This document shows, piece by piece, positions 53,651 through 62,135 of a DNA stretch of 64,000 bases. Positions within the stretch are counted from its first letter, which is position 1. Every line of letters begins with the position of its first letter. Source of the stretch: Vulcanimicrobiota bacterium (GTDB lineage: Bacteria; Vulcanimicrobiota; Vulcanimicrobiia; Vulcanimicrobiales; Vulcanimicrobiaceae); assembly GCA_963723515.1 (NCBI GenBank), contig CAVRQT010000003.1, forward strand, positions 448,001 through 512,000. Reading direction: 5' to 3'. The notes under the pieces were generated by a model, which was not told the origin of the DNA, searched no databases, and saw nothing but the letters and a program-made list of their open reading frames with translations. Position numbers and translations under genes: made by a program.

Positions 53651-54298
53651 ATGGCAATGACCCATCCCGTTTCGGATGGACTCGAGTATCACGAGCGGCC
53701 GGATGAGGACCTCGTTTCGACCGCTAAGGGCGGGGACAACCTGGCGATGGAGTTCCTGCTCAACAAGTACAAAAACTTCGTTCGCATCAAGGCCAAGAGC
53801 TATTTCCTGATCGGCGCCGATCGCGAGGACATCATTCAAGAAGGAATGATCGGCCTCTATAAAGCCGTGCGCGACTTCAAGGCCGATAAGCTTTCCAGTT
53901 TTCGCGCGTTTGCGGAGTTGTGCATCACGCGCCAGATCATCACCGCCATCAAAACGGCGACGCGCCAGAAGCACATTCCGCTCAACCAGTACGTATCGCT
54001 GAATAAGCCGATCTACGATGAGGACAGCGAGCGCACGCTTTTGGACGTGATGGCCTCGCAAAAAACCTCGGATCCCGAGGAACTCGTCATCAATCAGGAA
54101 GTCTCGCAAGATATCAAGGAGCGCATTCAAGAGAATCTCTCCGAGCTTGAATCGCAGGTGCTGCTTTCGTATCTCGAAGGCAAGAGCTACCAGGAGATGG
54201 CGCGCGACCTGGGCCGCCACGTCAAGTCGATCGACAACGCGCTGCAGCGCGTGAAGCGGAAAATCGAAAAGAATCTCTCGGAGATCGAACTACCGTAA
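53651..54298 (+). CDS. sigH: RNA polymerase sigma factor SigH
   Basis: KAKSYFLIGADREDIIQEGMIGL, KTATRQKHIPLN, HVKSIDNALQRVKRK. Confidence 0.96.
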   Translation: MAMTHPVSDGLEYHERPDEDLVSTAKGGDNLAMEFLLNKYKNFVRIKAKSYFLIGADREDIIQEGMIGLYKAVRDFKADKLSSFRAFAELCITRQIITAIKTATRQKHIPLNQYVSLNKPIYDEDSERTLLDVMASQKTSDPEELVINQEVSQDIKERIQENLSELESQVLLSYLEGKSYQEMARDLGRHVKSIDNALQRVKRKIEKNLSEIELP

Positions 54299-54301
54299 TC
54301 G

Positions 54302-54325
54302 AAGAGGCGCCAAACGGCGCCTCTT
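54302..54325 (+). terminator. Hairpin after sigH
   Basis: AAGAGGCGCC-AAAC-GGCGCCTCTT. Confidence 0.55.
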
Positions 54326-54348
54326 AAATAAGGCGGCTTCTTAACTGT

Positions 54349-54876
54349 ATGCAGTTCACGACGAAGCGCTTAACGCTGCGTAAACTTCAGCCCGAAGATG
54401 CGCCGCTGCTCGTTTCGCTCTATGGCAACGCGCAAGTGCAGCAGACGCTGCCGCAACCGGAGCCGGTGACGGTCGAGCGCGAGCGAGAGATCATCCAACG
54501 GCAACAGGGCATTTGGAAAAAAGAAGGCTCAGGCATGTTCGCGGTCTTCGAAACAGCCGGCGGCGATTTTGTCGGCTGCTGCGGCCACCTTTTTTGGGAT
54601 ATCGACGGCAAACATGAAACGGAAGTCGCCTATGCGCTTCTTCCGAAACATTGGCGCAAAGGCTATGCCACCGAGGCGGCACGGGCGCTCAAAGAGGATG
54701 CATTTGAGCGGCTTGGCGTAAAGCGCGTGATTTCGCTGGTCATGCCGGGACAACGCGGGCTCCGGGAAAGTTGCGCAAAACAACGGCATGCACGTCGAAA
54801 AGCAGACGGTGCTGCTCGAAAAATACCACGTGAACGTTTGGGTGGTGGAGAAGCCGGCCGCGGTTTAGAACTCTAG
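54349..54876 (+). CDS. RimJ/RimL-type GNAT acetyltransferase (probable frameshift near 54750)
   Basis: TKRLTLR, EVAYALLPKHWRKGYATEAA. The N..S.KVA.N.GM motif continues in another frame. Confidence 0.88.
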   Translation: MQFTTKRLTLRKLQPEDAPLLVSLYGNAQVQQTLPQPEPVTVEREREIIQRQQGIWKKEGSGMFAVFETAGGDFVGCCGHLFWDIDGKHETEVAYALLPKHWRKGYATEAARALKEDAFERLGVKRVISLVMPGQRGLRESCAKQRHARRKADGAARKIPRERLGGGEAGRGLEL

Positions 54877-54886
54877 CACTAACGCT

Positions 54887-55258
54887 ATGGCAACGCTGAG
54901 TTTTTCGGACGGCCATCTCGACATTAAGTTATCTGTTCTCGACCGGCTGATCGGCTTTCATGGGTCGTTCCACATCCCGCTCGCGCATATCACGAATGCT
55001 TACGTGAGTGATTTTGAAGAGCTGGAATTGCAATTTCGCCTTTATGGCACGAATCTAGGATATCTCAAGTCTGTTGGCATTTTTGCGAATCCCGACGGCG
55101 TCATTTTCTGTGATTTGGCCGGCGAAGGCGACTGCTTAGTGATCGAAACGCGCGGCGAGCGTTTTCCACGGATCGCCGTCACGCCGAGCAAGGACGTTGA
55201 TGCGAATGCGCTCGCGCATGAAATCATGCGTCGAATCCCGGATAGCGGCCCCGAATAG
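54887..55258 (+). CDS. Hypothetical protein (PH-like?)
   Basis: Clean ORF with GSFHIPLAHIT and RLYGT. Confidence 0.65.
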   Translation: MATLSFSDGHLDIKLSVLDRLIGFHGSFHIPLAHITNAYVSDFEELELQFRLYGTNLGYLKSVGIFANPDGVIFCDLAGEGDCLVIETRGERFPRIAVTPSKDVDANALAHEIMRRIPDSGPE

Positions 55259-55274
55259 CGATCGCACTAGCCGG

Positions 55275-55619
55275 TTAGAGGTCGTCTTCACCGAGTTCTG
55301 AGACGATCGTGCGATACAGTTCGTCTCGATCTTTGATCGGGTCAACGATGTAGATTTGTGCCGTGGCTCCGCGCCGCTGGGAATCGATAGCGACAGTTAC
55401 ATGGCGTCGTGCGCAGACGTCCATGCAGCTCGTGTTGATCGCGCGAATTTTTCCCCAGAGACCGTCTTGTTTGAGGCGCTCTTTCAGCCAGTCGCGCAGG
55501 TGAAAATCGCCGATCTCGGCAGCTTTATCCGGATCTTCTTCAGGAATGCGCTCTTTTGAGCAGCGCTCACAAACGAGCACCAGACCTGAGGCTCTCCACT
55601 TCGGATTGACGGTCTGCAT
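55275..55619 (-). CDS. Thioredoxin-like [2Fe-2S] ferredoxin-domain protein
   Basis: VLVCERC ... TSCMDVC. Confidence 0.7.
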   Translation of the reverse strand: MQTVNPKWRASGLVLVCERCSKERIPEEDPDKAAEIGDFHLRDWLKERLKQDGLWGKIRAINTSCMDVCARRHVTVAIDSQRRGATAQIYIVDPIKDRDELYRTIVSELGEDDL

Positions 55620-55646
55620 TTGATTTGAAGTTTCGCTTTGGCCATC

Positions 55647-55751
55647 GTGTCACCCTGAGCTTGTCGAAGGGCAACGGCACCGGCACTTAAAGGGGCATGG
55701 GACAGCCATGGGGGCGATTACGATGGCCCTTCGACAAGCTCAGGGTGACAC
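55647..55751. repeat. Inverted REP pair (REPIN-like)
   Basis: Perfect 26-bp inverted repeat GTGTCACCCTGAGCTTGTCGAAGGGC at 55647-55672 and 55726-55751, with a 53-bp spacer. Confidence 0.9.
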
Positions 55752-55779
55752 CGGGGTAATGCATCACGCGTCCAAACGT

Positions 55780-55812
55780 AAAAGAAGCGGCCCCTCTCGG
55801 GGCCGCTGTTTT
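55780..55812. terminator. Bidirectional-type intrinsic terminator downstream of tRNA-Thr
   Basis: AAAAGA-AGCGGCCCC-TCTC-GGGGCCGCT-GTTTT. Confidence 0.7.
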
Positions 55813-55815
55813 CTT

Positions 55816-55888
55816 AGCCGACGGAGGGACTCGAACCCACGGCCTGAGGTTTACAAAACCCCTGCTCTACCAACTGAGCTACGTCGGC
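55816..55888 (-). tRNA. tRNA-Thr(TGT)
   Basis: GCCGACG/CGTCGGC acceptor stem, TAGCTCAGTTGGTAGAGC, anticodon loop TTTGTAA, GGTTCGAGTCC. Confidence 0.95.
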
Positions 55889-56404
55889 TTACATCAACGT
55901 TAGTTGTATTGACAACGTGTTCTGCACGAGTTCATCGGCCCTTTGCATCAACTCCGTTCTTGTTGGCTCTGCTAGGTGTCTTGCGGTTCGATGACTACGA
56001 GTCCGGTACTCACGCCCACGTCCTCGGTTCAGTGCTCGGAACGTGGGCGTCAGCGAATGACAATTCGGGCACAGTAGCGTGAGGTTGCTCGGGTGATTGT
56101 TGCGCCAATCGCCGTCGATGTGCTCGACCTCTACCGGCACGTTTCCGGTGACGGGATGTCGCTCAGCCCATCCACAGCGCGTACATTTTAAGCCCAGACG
56201 TCGCGCAAGATACTTTTTGATAAAGCCGTGAATGTGATGGGTCGGCGGATACAGGCCATGCTCGAGAAGCGCCGTGTTGATCTTCCGGCAATGCGCGCGG
56301 TGACATTCCCAAGAACAGAACTTGCCCGCATTCAACTTTATTTCCCCAACACCGCAATTCAAACAATAGCCGCGCCACTTTTTACAACCTTGGTATTCAT
56401 GCAC
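55889..56404 (-). CDS. Free-standing HNH endonuclease
   Basis: CLNC..KFCSWEC, CTRCG, VEVEHIDGDWRNNHPSNLTLLCPNCHS. Confidence 0.9.
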   Translation of the reverse strand: MHEYQGCKKWRGYCLNCGVGEIKLNAGKFCSWECHRAHCRKINTALLEHGLYPPTHHIHGFIKKYLARRLGLKCTRCGWAERHPVTGNVPVEVEHIDGDWRNNHPSNLTLLCPNCHSLTPTFRALNRGRGREYRTRSHRTARHLAEPTRTELMQRADELVQNTLSIQLTLM

Positions 56405-56695
56405 CGATTCTAAAGTTGCCGTGTGCCAACACTATGGCATTCTGCGTGTCGGCTTTGAAGATTATTTTTATGCGCGTTTAATTGGCAGCGCTTTTCTTTT
56501 GGCTATCGTTCTGTTCAAATGAAAGCCCTATTGATCGGTTTCCGGTGGGTTATTCGCTGCGAGATCCGTTCCGTTTGTGATCGGCGCTCCAAGACGGCGA
56601 TATCATTTGGCACGGACAATCACGTGCGTTCAACCGCTCCGCCACGTCGGCCTAATTGCCCAGTAACTCTAGGCGCCGGCGACGACCATTTCAAC

Positions 56696-56923
56696 TTAGC
56701 GGTGGAAGAAGATTGCGAGAATGATCGTGACCCAGGCGCTGAAGATCAGTCCCGAGCCCCAGCGCATTGCCGCAGTCAGCGTCGCTTCCAGTGATGAGAA
56801 TCGTCCTTCGATCCGTTGTTCAAATCCACCGAGGCGATGATCGATGCTCGTAAGACGGTCTCTGACTTGCTCGTATGCGCCTTCAAGGTGCGCCATACGG
56901 ACTTCAAATGGCTGAGCGGTCAT
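56696..56923 (-). CDS. Small coiled-coil protein with C-terminal transmembrane helix
   Basis: RMAHLEGAYEQV.DRL..ID.RL, hydrophobic tail, AAGGA Shine-Dalgarno. Confidence 0.7.
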   Translation of the reverse strand: MTAQPFEVRMAHLEGAYEQVRDRLTSIDHRLGGFEQRIEGRFSSLEATLTAAMRWGSGLIFSAWVTIILAIFFHR

Positions 56924-57045
56924 AGATCAGTCCTTCTTCGATGCCATTATACTCTTCTTGTGCCCGCCTTTGATGCCGGTGTGACGGCGGCTCATTTTAC
57001 TTTCGCTTAATGAGCGGCGCTGCGTATGCGAGTATCTTGGAGTCA

Positions 57046-58425
57046 ATGAATGAGGGTCGCCACCGTACCCTTGCTGCTGTTGCGGCTGCAGCGCTGTTGC
57101 TTGGCGGCACGGTCGCCTGCGGCGGTGGCGGAAGCAGCGGTGGATCGTCATTGCCGCCACAGCCGGGACAAACGCCGCCGCCGAGCGGCACGCCGATCCA
57201 ACACGTCGTCATCATCTTTCAGGAAAATCGCAGCGTCGACGATCTCTTCAACGGTTTTCCGGGCGCCGACACCGTCAAGATGGGCGAAACTTCGACCGGC
57301 AAGAGCGTGCCGTTACAAGCCGTCCCGCTGGAAGCGCCATACGATCTTTCGCACGCGCATGAGGAACAAGGGCGCAACGGCGGCTTTGTCACCGAGTACA
57401 ACCACGGCGCAATGAACGGCTTTGACCTCGAGCACGTCGTGCCACATCCCGGATACACACCGCCCCCCTATGCCGCCTACGGCTACGTTCCGCAATCTGA
57501 AACCGGCCCGTACTTTGCGCTCGCCAAGCAGTTCACGTTCGGCGATCGCATGTTTCAGTCAAACGAAGGCCCGAGTTTTCCCGCACATCAATACATCATT
57601 GCCGGCACGTCTATTCCATCCACTGGCAGCAATCTTTTAGCAGCGGAGAATGTGGCGGTTCCCAAAGGTGCGCCAAGCAGCAACCAAGGATGCGATTCAC
57701 CGGCGGGCAGCACCGTCGCGCTCATCGATCCAAACGGAAACGAAAGCAGCTCGATCTTTCCGTGCTTCGATCACCCGACAATTTTGGATTTGCTCGACGC
57801 GAAAGGCGTGTCGTGGAAGTATTACACGCCGTTGCCGTACTTTTTGTGGAGCGCTCCGGATGCAATTCGACATATCCGCTACGGCGCAGATTGGGCGAAG
57901 CTCTCGATTCCCGAGACAAACGTTTTCAGCGATATCGCGCAGGGCCATCTGCCGGCAGTTTCTTGGGTGATTCCTACTGGCGCAAATTCCGATCACGCGA
58001 ACAACCTCTCCAACACAGGCCCTTCGTGGGTTGCCGACGTCGTCAATGCCCTTGGAACCAGCCAGTATTGGAACAACACGGCAATTTTCGTTACGTGGGA
58101 TGATTGGGGCGGCTGGTACGATCACGTGAAGCCGCCGATCTACGACTCGTACGAGCTCGGCTTCCGAGTACCGCTGATCGTCGTCTCACCATATGCAAAG
58201 GCCGCGTATGTCTCGCATACGCAACATGAGTTTGGCAGCATCCTGCATTTTGTCGAGGAGCGATTTGGTCTTGGCTCGCTCGGATACACCGATGCGCGCG
58301 CCGACGACTTGAGCGATTGCTTCAATTTTTCGCAAGCGCCGTTGAGCTACCATCCCGTTGCGACACAGCTTTCGCCGCGACAGCTGATGTTGCGCTGGCG
58401 CGCCGCTCCACCGGATAACGACTAA
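57046..58425 (+). CDS. Phosphoesterase / phospholipase C-family lipoprotein
   Basis: Lipobox TVAC, IQHVVIIFQENRSVD, GPSFPAHQ, TWDDWGGWYDHV.PP, GFRVPLIVVSPY. Confidence 0.9.
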   Translation: MNEGRHRTLAAVAAAALLLGGTVACGGGGSSGGSSLPPQPGQTPPPSGTPIQHVVIIFQENRSVDDLFNGFPGADTVKMGETSTGKSVPLQAVPLEAPYDLSHAHEEQGRNGGFVTEYNHGAMNGFDLEHVVPHPGYTPPPYAAYGYVPQSETGPYFALAKQFTFGDRMFQSNEGPSFPAHQYIIAGTSIPSTGSNLLAAENVAVPKGAPSSNQGCDSPAGSTVALIDPNGNESSSIFPCFDHPTILDLLDAKGVSWKYYTPLPYFLWSAPDAIRHIRYGADWAKLSIPETNVFSDIAQGHLPAVSWVIPTGANSDHANNLSNTGPSWVADVVNALGTSQYWNNTAIFVTWDDWGGWYDHVKPPIYDSYELGFRVPLIVVSPYAKAAYVSHTQHEFGSILHFVEERFGLGSLGYTDARADDLSDCFNFSQAPLSYHPVATQLSPRQLMLRWRAAPPDND

Positions 58426-58937
58426 GAGCTCGAAACCTTCGTACAGGTCATCGTATCCGGCTTCATCTTGAAGTTCATGCCGGTGAAGGTGTCCGTCGTT
58501 TTCCGAGCGCTGACGCGGACCAGCACATCCTGGGTCAGTTGGTTATCCTTGTTTGTGGTGTCGTGCGACACGAGTTGCCCGTTTCGCCATGGCGTCGCGT
58601 CGCTCAAACCGTAGTACCCGTTGTTGTCCGTCGTCACTTCGACCCATTTGCCTTTGCTTGAGTCGTACGTATACCGCACTTCCATAATATACGTCGTCTT
58701 GCGATAGGGATCGAAAGGCGGCGCGACTTCGGTCATGACGAGCCAATGGCGATCCGACGTCCAACCGTACGTCAGGTGGCTGGGGCGAATTCGGCCGCGG
58801 ACGAGTTCCGTGCAATTCCAATCGCCGACCAAAAAGTTCATGGTCGCGTTGACGGCGGCGTCCCGAGGAGCGATCGGAACGGGCGTCGGCGTTTGCGCGA
58901 TGCAGAACATCAACGCGGCTAAACTCAAGTGTTTCAT
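58422..58937 (-). CDS. Secreted beta-barrel hypothetical protein
   Basis: Signal peptide, MNFLVGDWNC, YTYDSSKGKWV. Confidence 0.7.
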   Translation of the reverse strand: MKHLSLAALMFCIAQTPTPVPIAPRDAAVNATMNFLVGDWNCTELVRGRIRPSHLTYGWTSDRHWLVMTEVAPPFDPYRKTTYIMEVRYTYDSSKGKWVEVTTDNNGYYGLSDATPWRNGQLVSHDTTNKDNQLTQDVLVRVSARKTTDTFTGMNFKMKPDTMTCTKVSSS

Positions 58938-58956
58938 CGTTGGGTAAGAGCACCGC

Positions 58957-59142
58957 ATGGCTGAGATCTTTGGTAACGGCGGCGAGCCGGTCGAGGTAAG
59001 CGGTGAATACGAGTGTTCGGAATGCGGTCACCGGCGCAAGTTCGAAAAAGGCACGGTCTTTCCGCCCGACCACCATTCGGAAAAACCGTGGACCCTCTAT
59101 CTCGCTTCAGAAGAGTTGCCCTCAACGCAGACGACCGCCTGA
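58957..59142 (+). CDS. Small zinc-ribbon protein (YjzC-like)
   Basis: GE....SGEYECSECG......G..FPP....W. Confidence 0.7.
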   Translation: MAEIFGNGGEPVEVSGEYECSECGHRRKFEKGTVFPPDHHSEKPWTLYLASEELPSTQTTA

Positions 59143-59171
59143 TGCGGCGGCCGTCTGCCCTTTAGTGTTTT

Positions 59172-59561
59172 TTAGCAGAAGTAGCGTGAACCGCCGTTGC
59201 TGATCGTCTTCAGCGCGGTTGCCGTGCTTCCGTTGTAGTAGACGCGCACCAACGTGCAATGCAATTTAAGTACGGATGGAATTGATGCGCCCCACTCTTC
59301 GCTGCGCATGCCCCAGGATGTATATGGCTTTCCGTTGATCGTGAGACCGCTTCCGAAACTAAAGTGCATCGTCTGGCCGTTCTTCTCGATGTCGAGCGTT
59401 CCGCCGCCGCCATAGGTAGAGAAGTCGCTCAAATCCCCGACGACCGAGTTCATCCCCATCGTCGCCGCCATCGCCGAGTGGCCGGCAGAAAAGCCCTGAA
59501 GGATCAGCGCGACTGCTAAGCACGTTGCCAAGAGCGATTTTAAAACTGTAGAAAATTGCAT
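59172..59561 (-). CDS. Secreted hypothetical protein
   Basis: AGGAGG Shine-Dalgarno, signal peptide. Confidence 0.7.
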   Translation of the reverse strand: MQFSTVLKSLLATCLAVALILQGFSAGHSAMAATMGMNSVVGDLSDFSTYGGGGTLDIEKNGQTMHFSFGSGLTINGKPYTSWGMRSEEWGASIPSVLKLHCTLVRVYYNGSTATALKTISNGGSRYFC

Positions 59562-59647
59562 GGTTGTTCCTCCTGTAAGAAGTTATACCCAACGGCATAT
59601 CGAGGAGGGCAACGCAGCGGCATCGTAGCACGGTTTGCCGCGCTTGG

Positions 59648-59732
59648 GGGTAGGTGGCCGAGTGGTTAAAGGCAACAGACTGTAAATCTGTCCAGCTGAC
59701 GCTGTACGCTGGTTCGAATCCAGCCCTGCCCA
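59648..59732 (+). tRNA. tRNA-Tyr(GTA)
   Basis: ACAGA-CTGTAAA-TCTGT, long variable arm, GGTTCGAATCC. Confidence 0.96.
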
Positions 59733-59773
59733 ATTTAACCCGCATTTTGCAAGCAAAATCGGGTAAAAAACAT

Positions 59774-59844
59774 GCGGGCGTTGCATAGTGGTAATGCCTC
59801 TGCCTTCCAAGCAGAAGTCGCGAGTTCGATTCTCGCCGCCCGCT
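59774..59844 (+). tRNA. tRNA-Gly(TCC)
   Basis: GCGGGCG/CGCCCGC acceptor stem, TCTGC-CTTCCAA-GCAGA. Confidence 0.95.
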
Positions 59845-59854
59845 ATGCCGTGAT

Positions 59855-59926
59855 GCTGTCGTAGCTTAGCGGTAAAGCACCGCCTTGGTAAGGCGGAGAC
59901 CATGGGTTCAAGTCCCATCGACAGCT
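59855..59926 (+). tRNA. tRNA-Thr(GGT)
   Basis: GCTGTCG/CGACAGC acceptor stem, CCGCC-TTGGTAA-GGCGG. Confidence 0.95.
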
Positions 59927-59956
59927 TTTTTCTTTTTGTCGCCTCTAAACGAAATG

Positions 59957-60030
59957 TGCGCCCGACTGGAATCGAACCAGCAACCTGAGGCTTAGGAGTC
60001 CCCCGCTCTATCCAATTGAGCTACGGGCGC
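59957..60030 (-). tRNA. tRNA-Arg(CCT)
   Basis: GCGCCCG/CGGGCGC acceptor stem, anticodon loop CTCCTAA, GGTTCGATTCC. Confidence 0.92.
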
Positions 60031-60298
60031 CCGATGTCGAATTCTCTTCGCCTTCTTATTCTTCGCCTCGGAACGGACGCGACACATTGATTCAAAACAT
60101 TGCCTTCTTGGCCGACCCGACCTGGCTACCGTCGAATAATTTTGAGGTCGTGGTACCGAACAGCGCGGGCTGTAAACCCTTGATTAGCGTGTCTTCACAT
60201 AAGAAGGGCTCCCTGCCGGAGGTCAGCGAAATCCCGCGACACACGCCCGCGTTATGAGGCAGGCGCAAGATCCTCTTTCCTTCATGAAGGTTAAGAAT

Positions 60299-61374
60299 AT
60301 GAATTTTAGTCCTGTTTCAACGCGGCGTGCGTCCTTTAGCGGGGCGGCGCTTATCATCGGAATCGCCTTCGCAGGCTGCAGCGGCGGATCAAATTCCGCG
60401 ACGCCGACATTGCCGCAGGCGAACCAGATGCCGGCGCCGCAAGGCGAACGCGAGCTCGCACGAGTCACCGTGCCGGCCGGCCTGAACCTGACACCGGTGA
60501 ACCTGCGCGTTCACGCACTGCAACGAGCCGGCGGCCCTCCGGTGATCAACCGCACGTATGCCGGGGCCCTTCGCAAAGCGCATGTCCCGCCGACAGCCGA
60601 TGCCTCACTTACCACGGTGGCGCGGTGCTCTACAACACCGGCTCAATCAACGTGTACGTGAACCCTTCGCAAACCGGCGGCGGCTTTCCGAACACGTGCA
60701 CGGTATCTAACTGCCCCCCTGCACAGTGGGGGTTCATGGGCGGCTTCATTGGCCGGTACACCAACAACAGCGAGATGGGGCATATCGTCGATCAGTACGA
60801 GAAGCCGCTCGGGCCGAACCGTCGTCAACCGGTTTCCCTATCTGGGCTACATCACGATGACTCGATAGCAGCATCATGGCCGATGGAACGTCGACTCATG
60901 CGGCGACGGATGCGAAGATCGCGGCCGAACTGACCACCGCGCAGGGTGCGGTCGGTCTTACCGGCGACCGGTACACCTATCATCTCTTCTATGCGAAAAA
61001 CCAGGCGGTTTGTAGCTCCAGCGTCGGCGGATGTTATTTCGCCAGCCCGTTCAAGTTCTGCGCCTACCATGGGTTCCAAACGATCAGCGGGCACAATAAT
61101 ATCTTCTCGGTTCGAGCCCTGGCAACAGATCGGCGGATGCAATGCGCCGACGAACACAGTTCAGAACGACAACTGCTTCAGACACTCAGTCATGAGCTGA
61201 CGGAAAGCCTGACAGATCCCTATCTCGACGCGTGGTACAACTCAGAGAGGCGACGAGATCGCCGACATCTGTCGCAACGACTATGGTAATATCACCATGG
61301 ATCCGAATGCGATCGATTACAACATCCAAGAAGAGTGGATGAACAGCTTGGGCAAGTGCGCCTTCGGACCGTAA
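60299..61374 (+). CDS. Lipoprotein with Phi-1/EXORDIUM-like motifs (multiple frameshifts; pseudogene or sequencing error)
   Basis: Lipobox FAGC. Across frames: LTYHGGAVL, FCAYH, TLSHELTESLTDP, EIADIC, YNIQEEW. Confidence 0.65.
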
Positions 61375-61399
61375 GTAGCCGAGTGATCAAAAAAGCAGG

Positions 61400-61427
61400 G
61401 GCCGTCCGCTCCGGGCGGCCTTTTTCT
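61400..61427 (+). terminator. Intrinsic terminator
   Basis: GGCCGTCCG-CTC-CGGGCGGCC-TTTTT. Confidence 0.7.
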
Positions 61428-61470
61428 TAAGGAGGCGACCGCGGGACGGAGACCGCTAGGGAAGCGGCCG

Positions 61471-61499
61471 TTGCCCGGGCGCTTGGCTTATGGTAAGAT
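61471..61499 (+). promoter_or_regulatory. Sigma70 promoter of the rpmG operon
   Basis: TTGCCC-17-TAAGAT with extended TG. Confidence 0.6.
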
Positions 61500-61541
61500 T
61501 GGGTCCGTTCAAACGGACCGCGGGTCCGTTTCTTTAATGTT

Positions 61542-61706
61542 ATGGCAAAAAAAGAGAATCGCGTGATGGTCGTGATGGCGTGCACGAACTGCAAGCGTCG
61601 TAACTACAACACGCAAAAAAACAAGCAGAAGACGACCGGACGGCTGGAGCTGAGCAAGTATTGCCGCTTCTGCCGAAAGCATTATGCTCATCGTGAGACG
61701 AGATGA
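61542..61706 (+). CDS. rpmG: 50S ribosomal protein bL33 (zinc-binding type)
   Basis: Read by eye, not in the ORF track: [49 protein letters not shown]. Confidence 0.96.
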   Translation: MAKKENRVMVVMACTNCKRRNYNTQKNKQKTTGRLELSKYCRFCRKHYAHRETR

Positions 61707-61750
61707 CCGACGTTAACGCTACCCACTGGGGATTCTCTGGGCGAAAAGTG

Positions 61751-61826
61751 AGGGCGGTAGCTCAATTGGTAGAGTTGCGGTCTCCAAAACCGTCGGTTGC
61801 AGGTTCGAGTCCTGTCCGCCCTGCCA
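61751..61826 (+). tRNA. tRNA-Trp(CCA)
   Basis: AGGGCGG/CCGCCCT acceptor stem, loop CTCCAAA, encoded CCA end. Confidence 0.96.
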
Positions 61827-61848
61827 ACTCCTTGCGGAGATTCTTCTC

Positions 61849-62133
61849 GTGATCAAGCGTCCCGCCGGCGGCGCAAGCACGCGCAGCGGCGGCAACAATC
61901 GCACGACGGTAAACCGTCCGCTCGTGGCAACGAACCGCCGGCCGAAGGCGGGCGACGCGCGCGAATTCGTGCGCAGCGTGTTCCTGGAGCTTCGGCGCGT
62001 GACGTGGCCTTCTCGCGAAGAGTGGGTCTCGGCGACGATCTTGACGATTGTGCTCGTCATCGGCATTGGACTCTTCACGTTCATCGTCGACTGGATCTTC
62101 ACGCAAATCTTTAATTTCATTCACCCGGTATAA
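61849..62133 (+). CDS. secE: Preprotein translocase SecE
   Basis: ELRRVTWPSREE plus one transmembrane helix, between tRNA-Trp and nusG. Confidence 0.93.
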   Translation: MIKRPAGGASTRSGGNNRTTVNRPLVATNRRPKAGDAREFVRSVFLELRRVTWPSREEWVSATILTIVLVIGIGLFTFIVDWIFTQIFNFIHPV

Positions 62134-62135
62134 AG

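Noticed and set aside
55708..56082. 124-aa plus-strand ORF
   Set aside because: It overlaps the REP, terminator, antisense tRNA and antisense HNH, so it is spurious.
56421..56690. Possible small membrane protein (GFEDYFYARLIGSAFLLAIVLFK..KALLIGFRWVIR)
   Set aside because: It needs a frameshift, has no clear start and no recognisable family. Evidence is insufficient.
54349..61430. Prophage or integrative element at the tRNAs
   Set aside because: No integrase, phage genes or duplicated tRNA 3' end were found.
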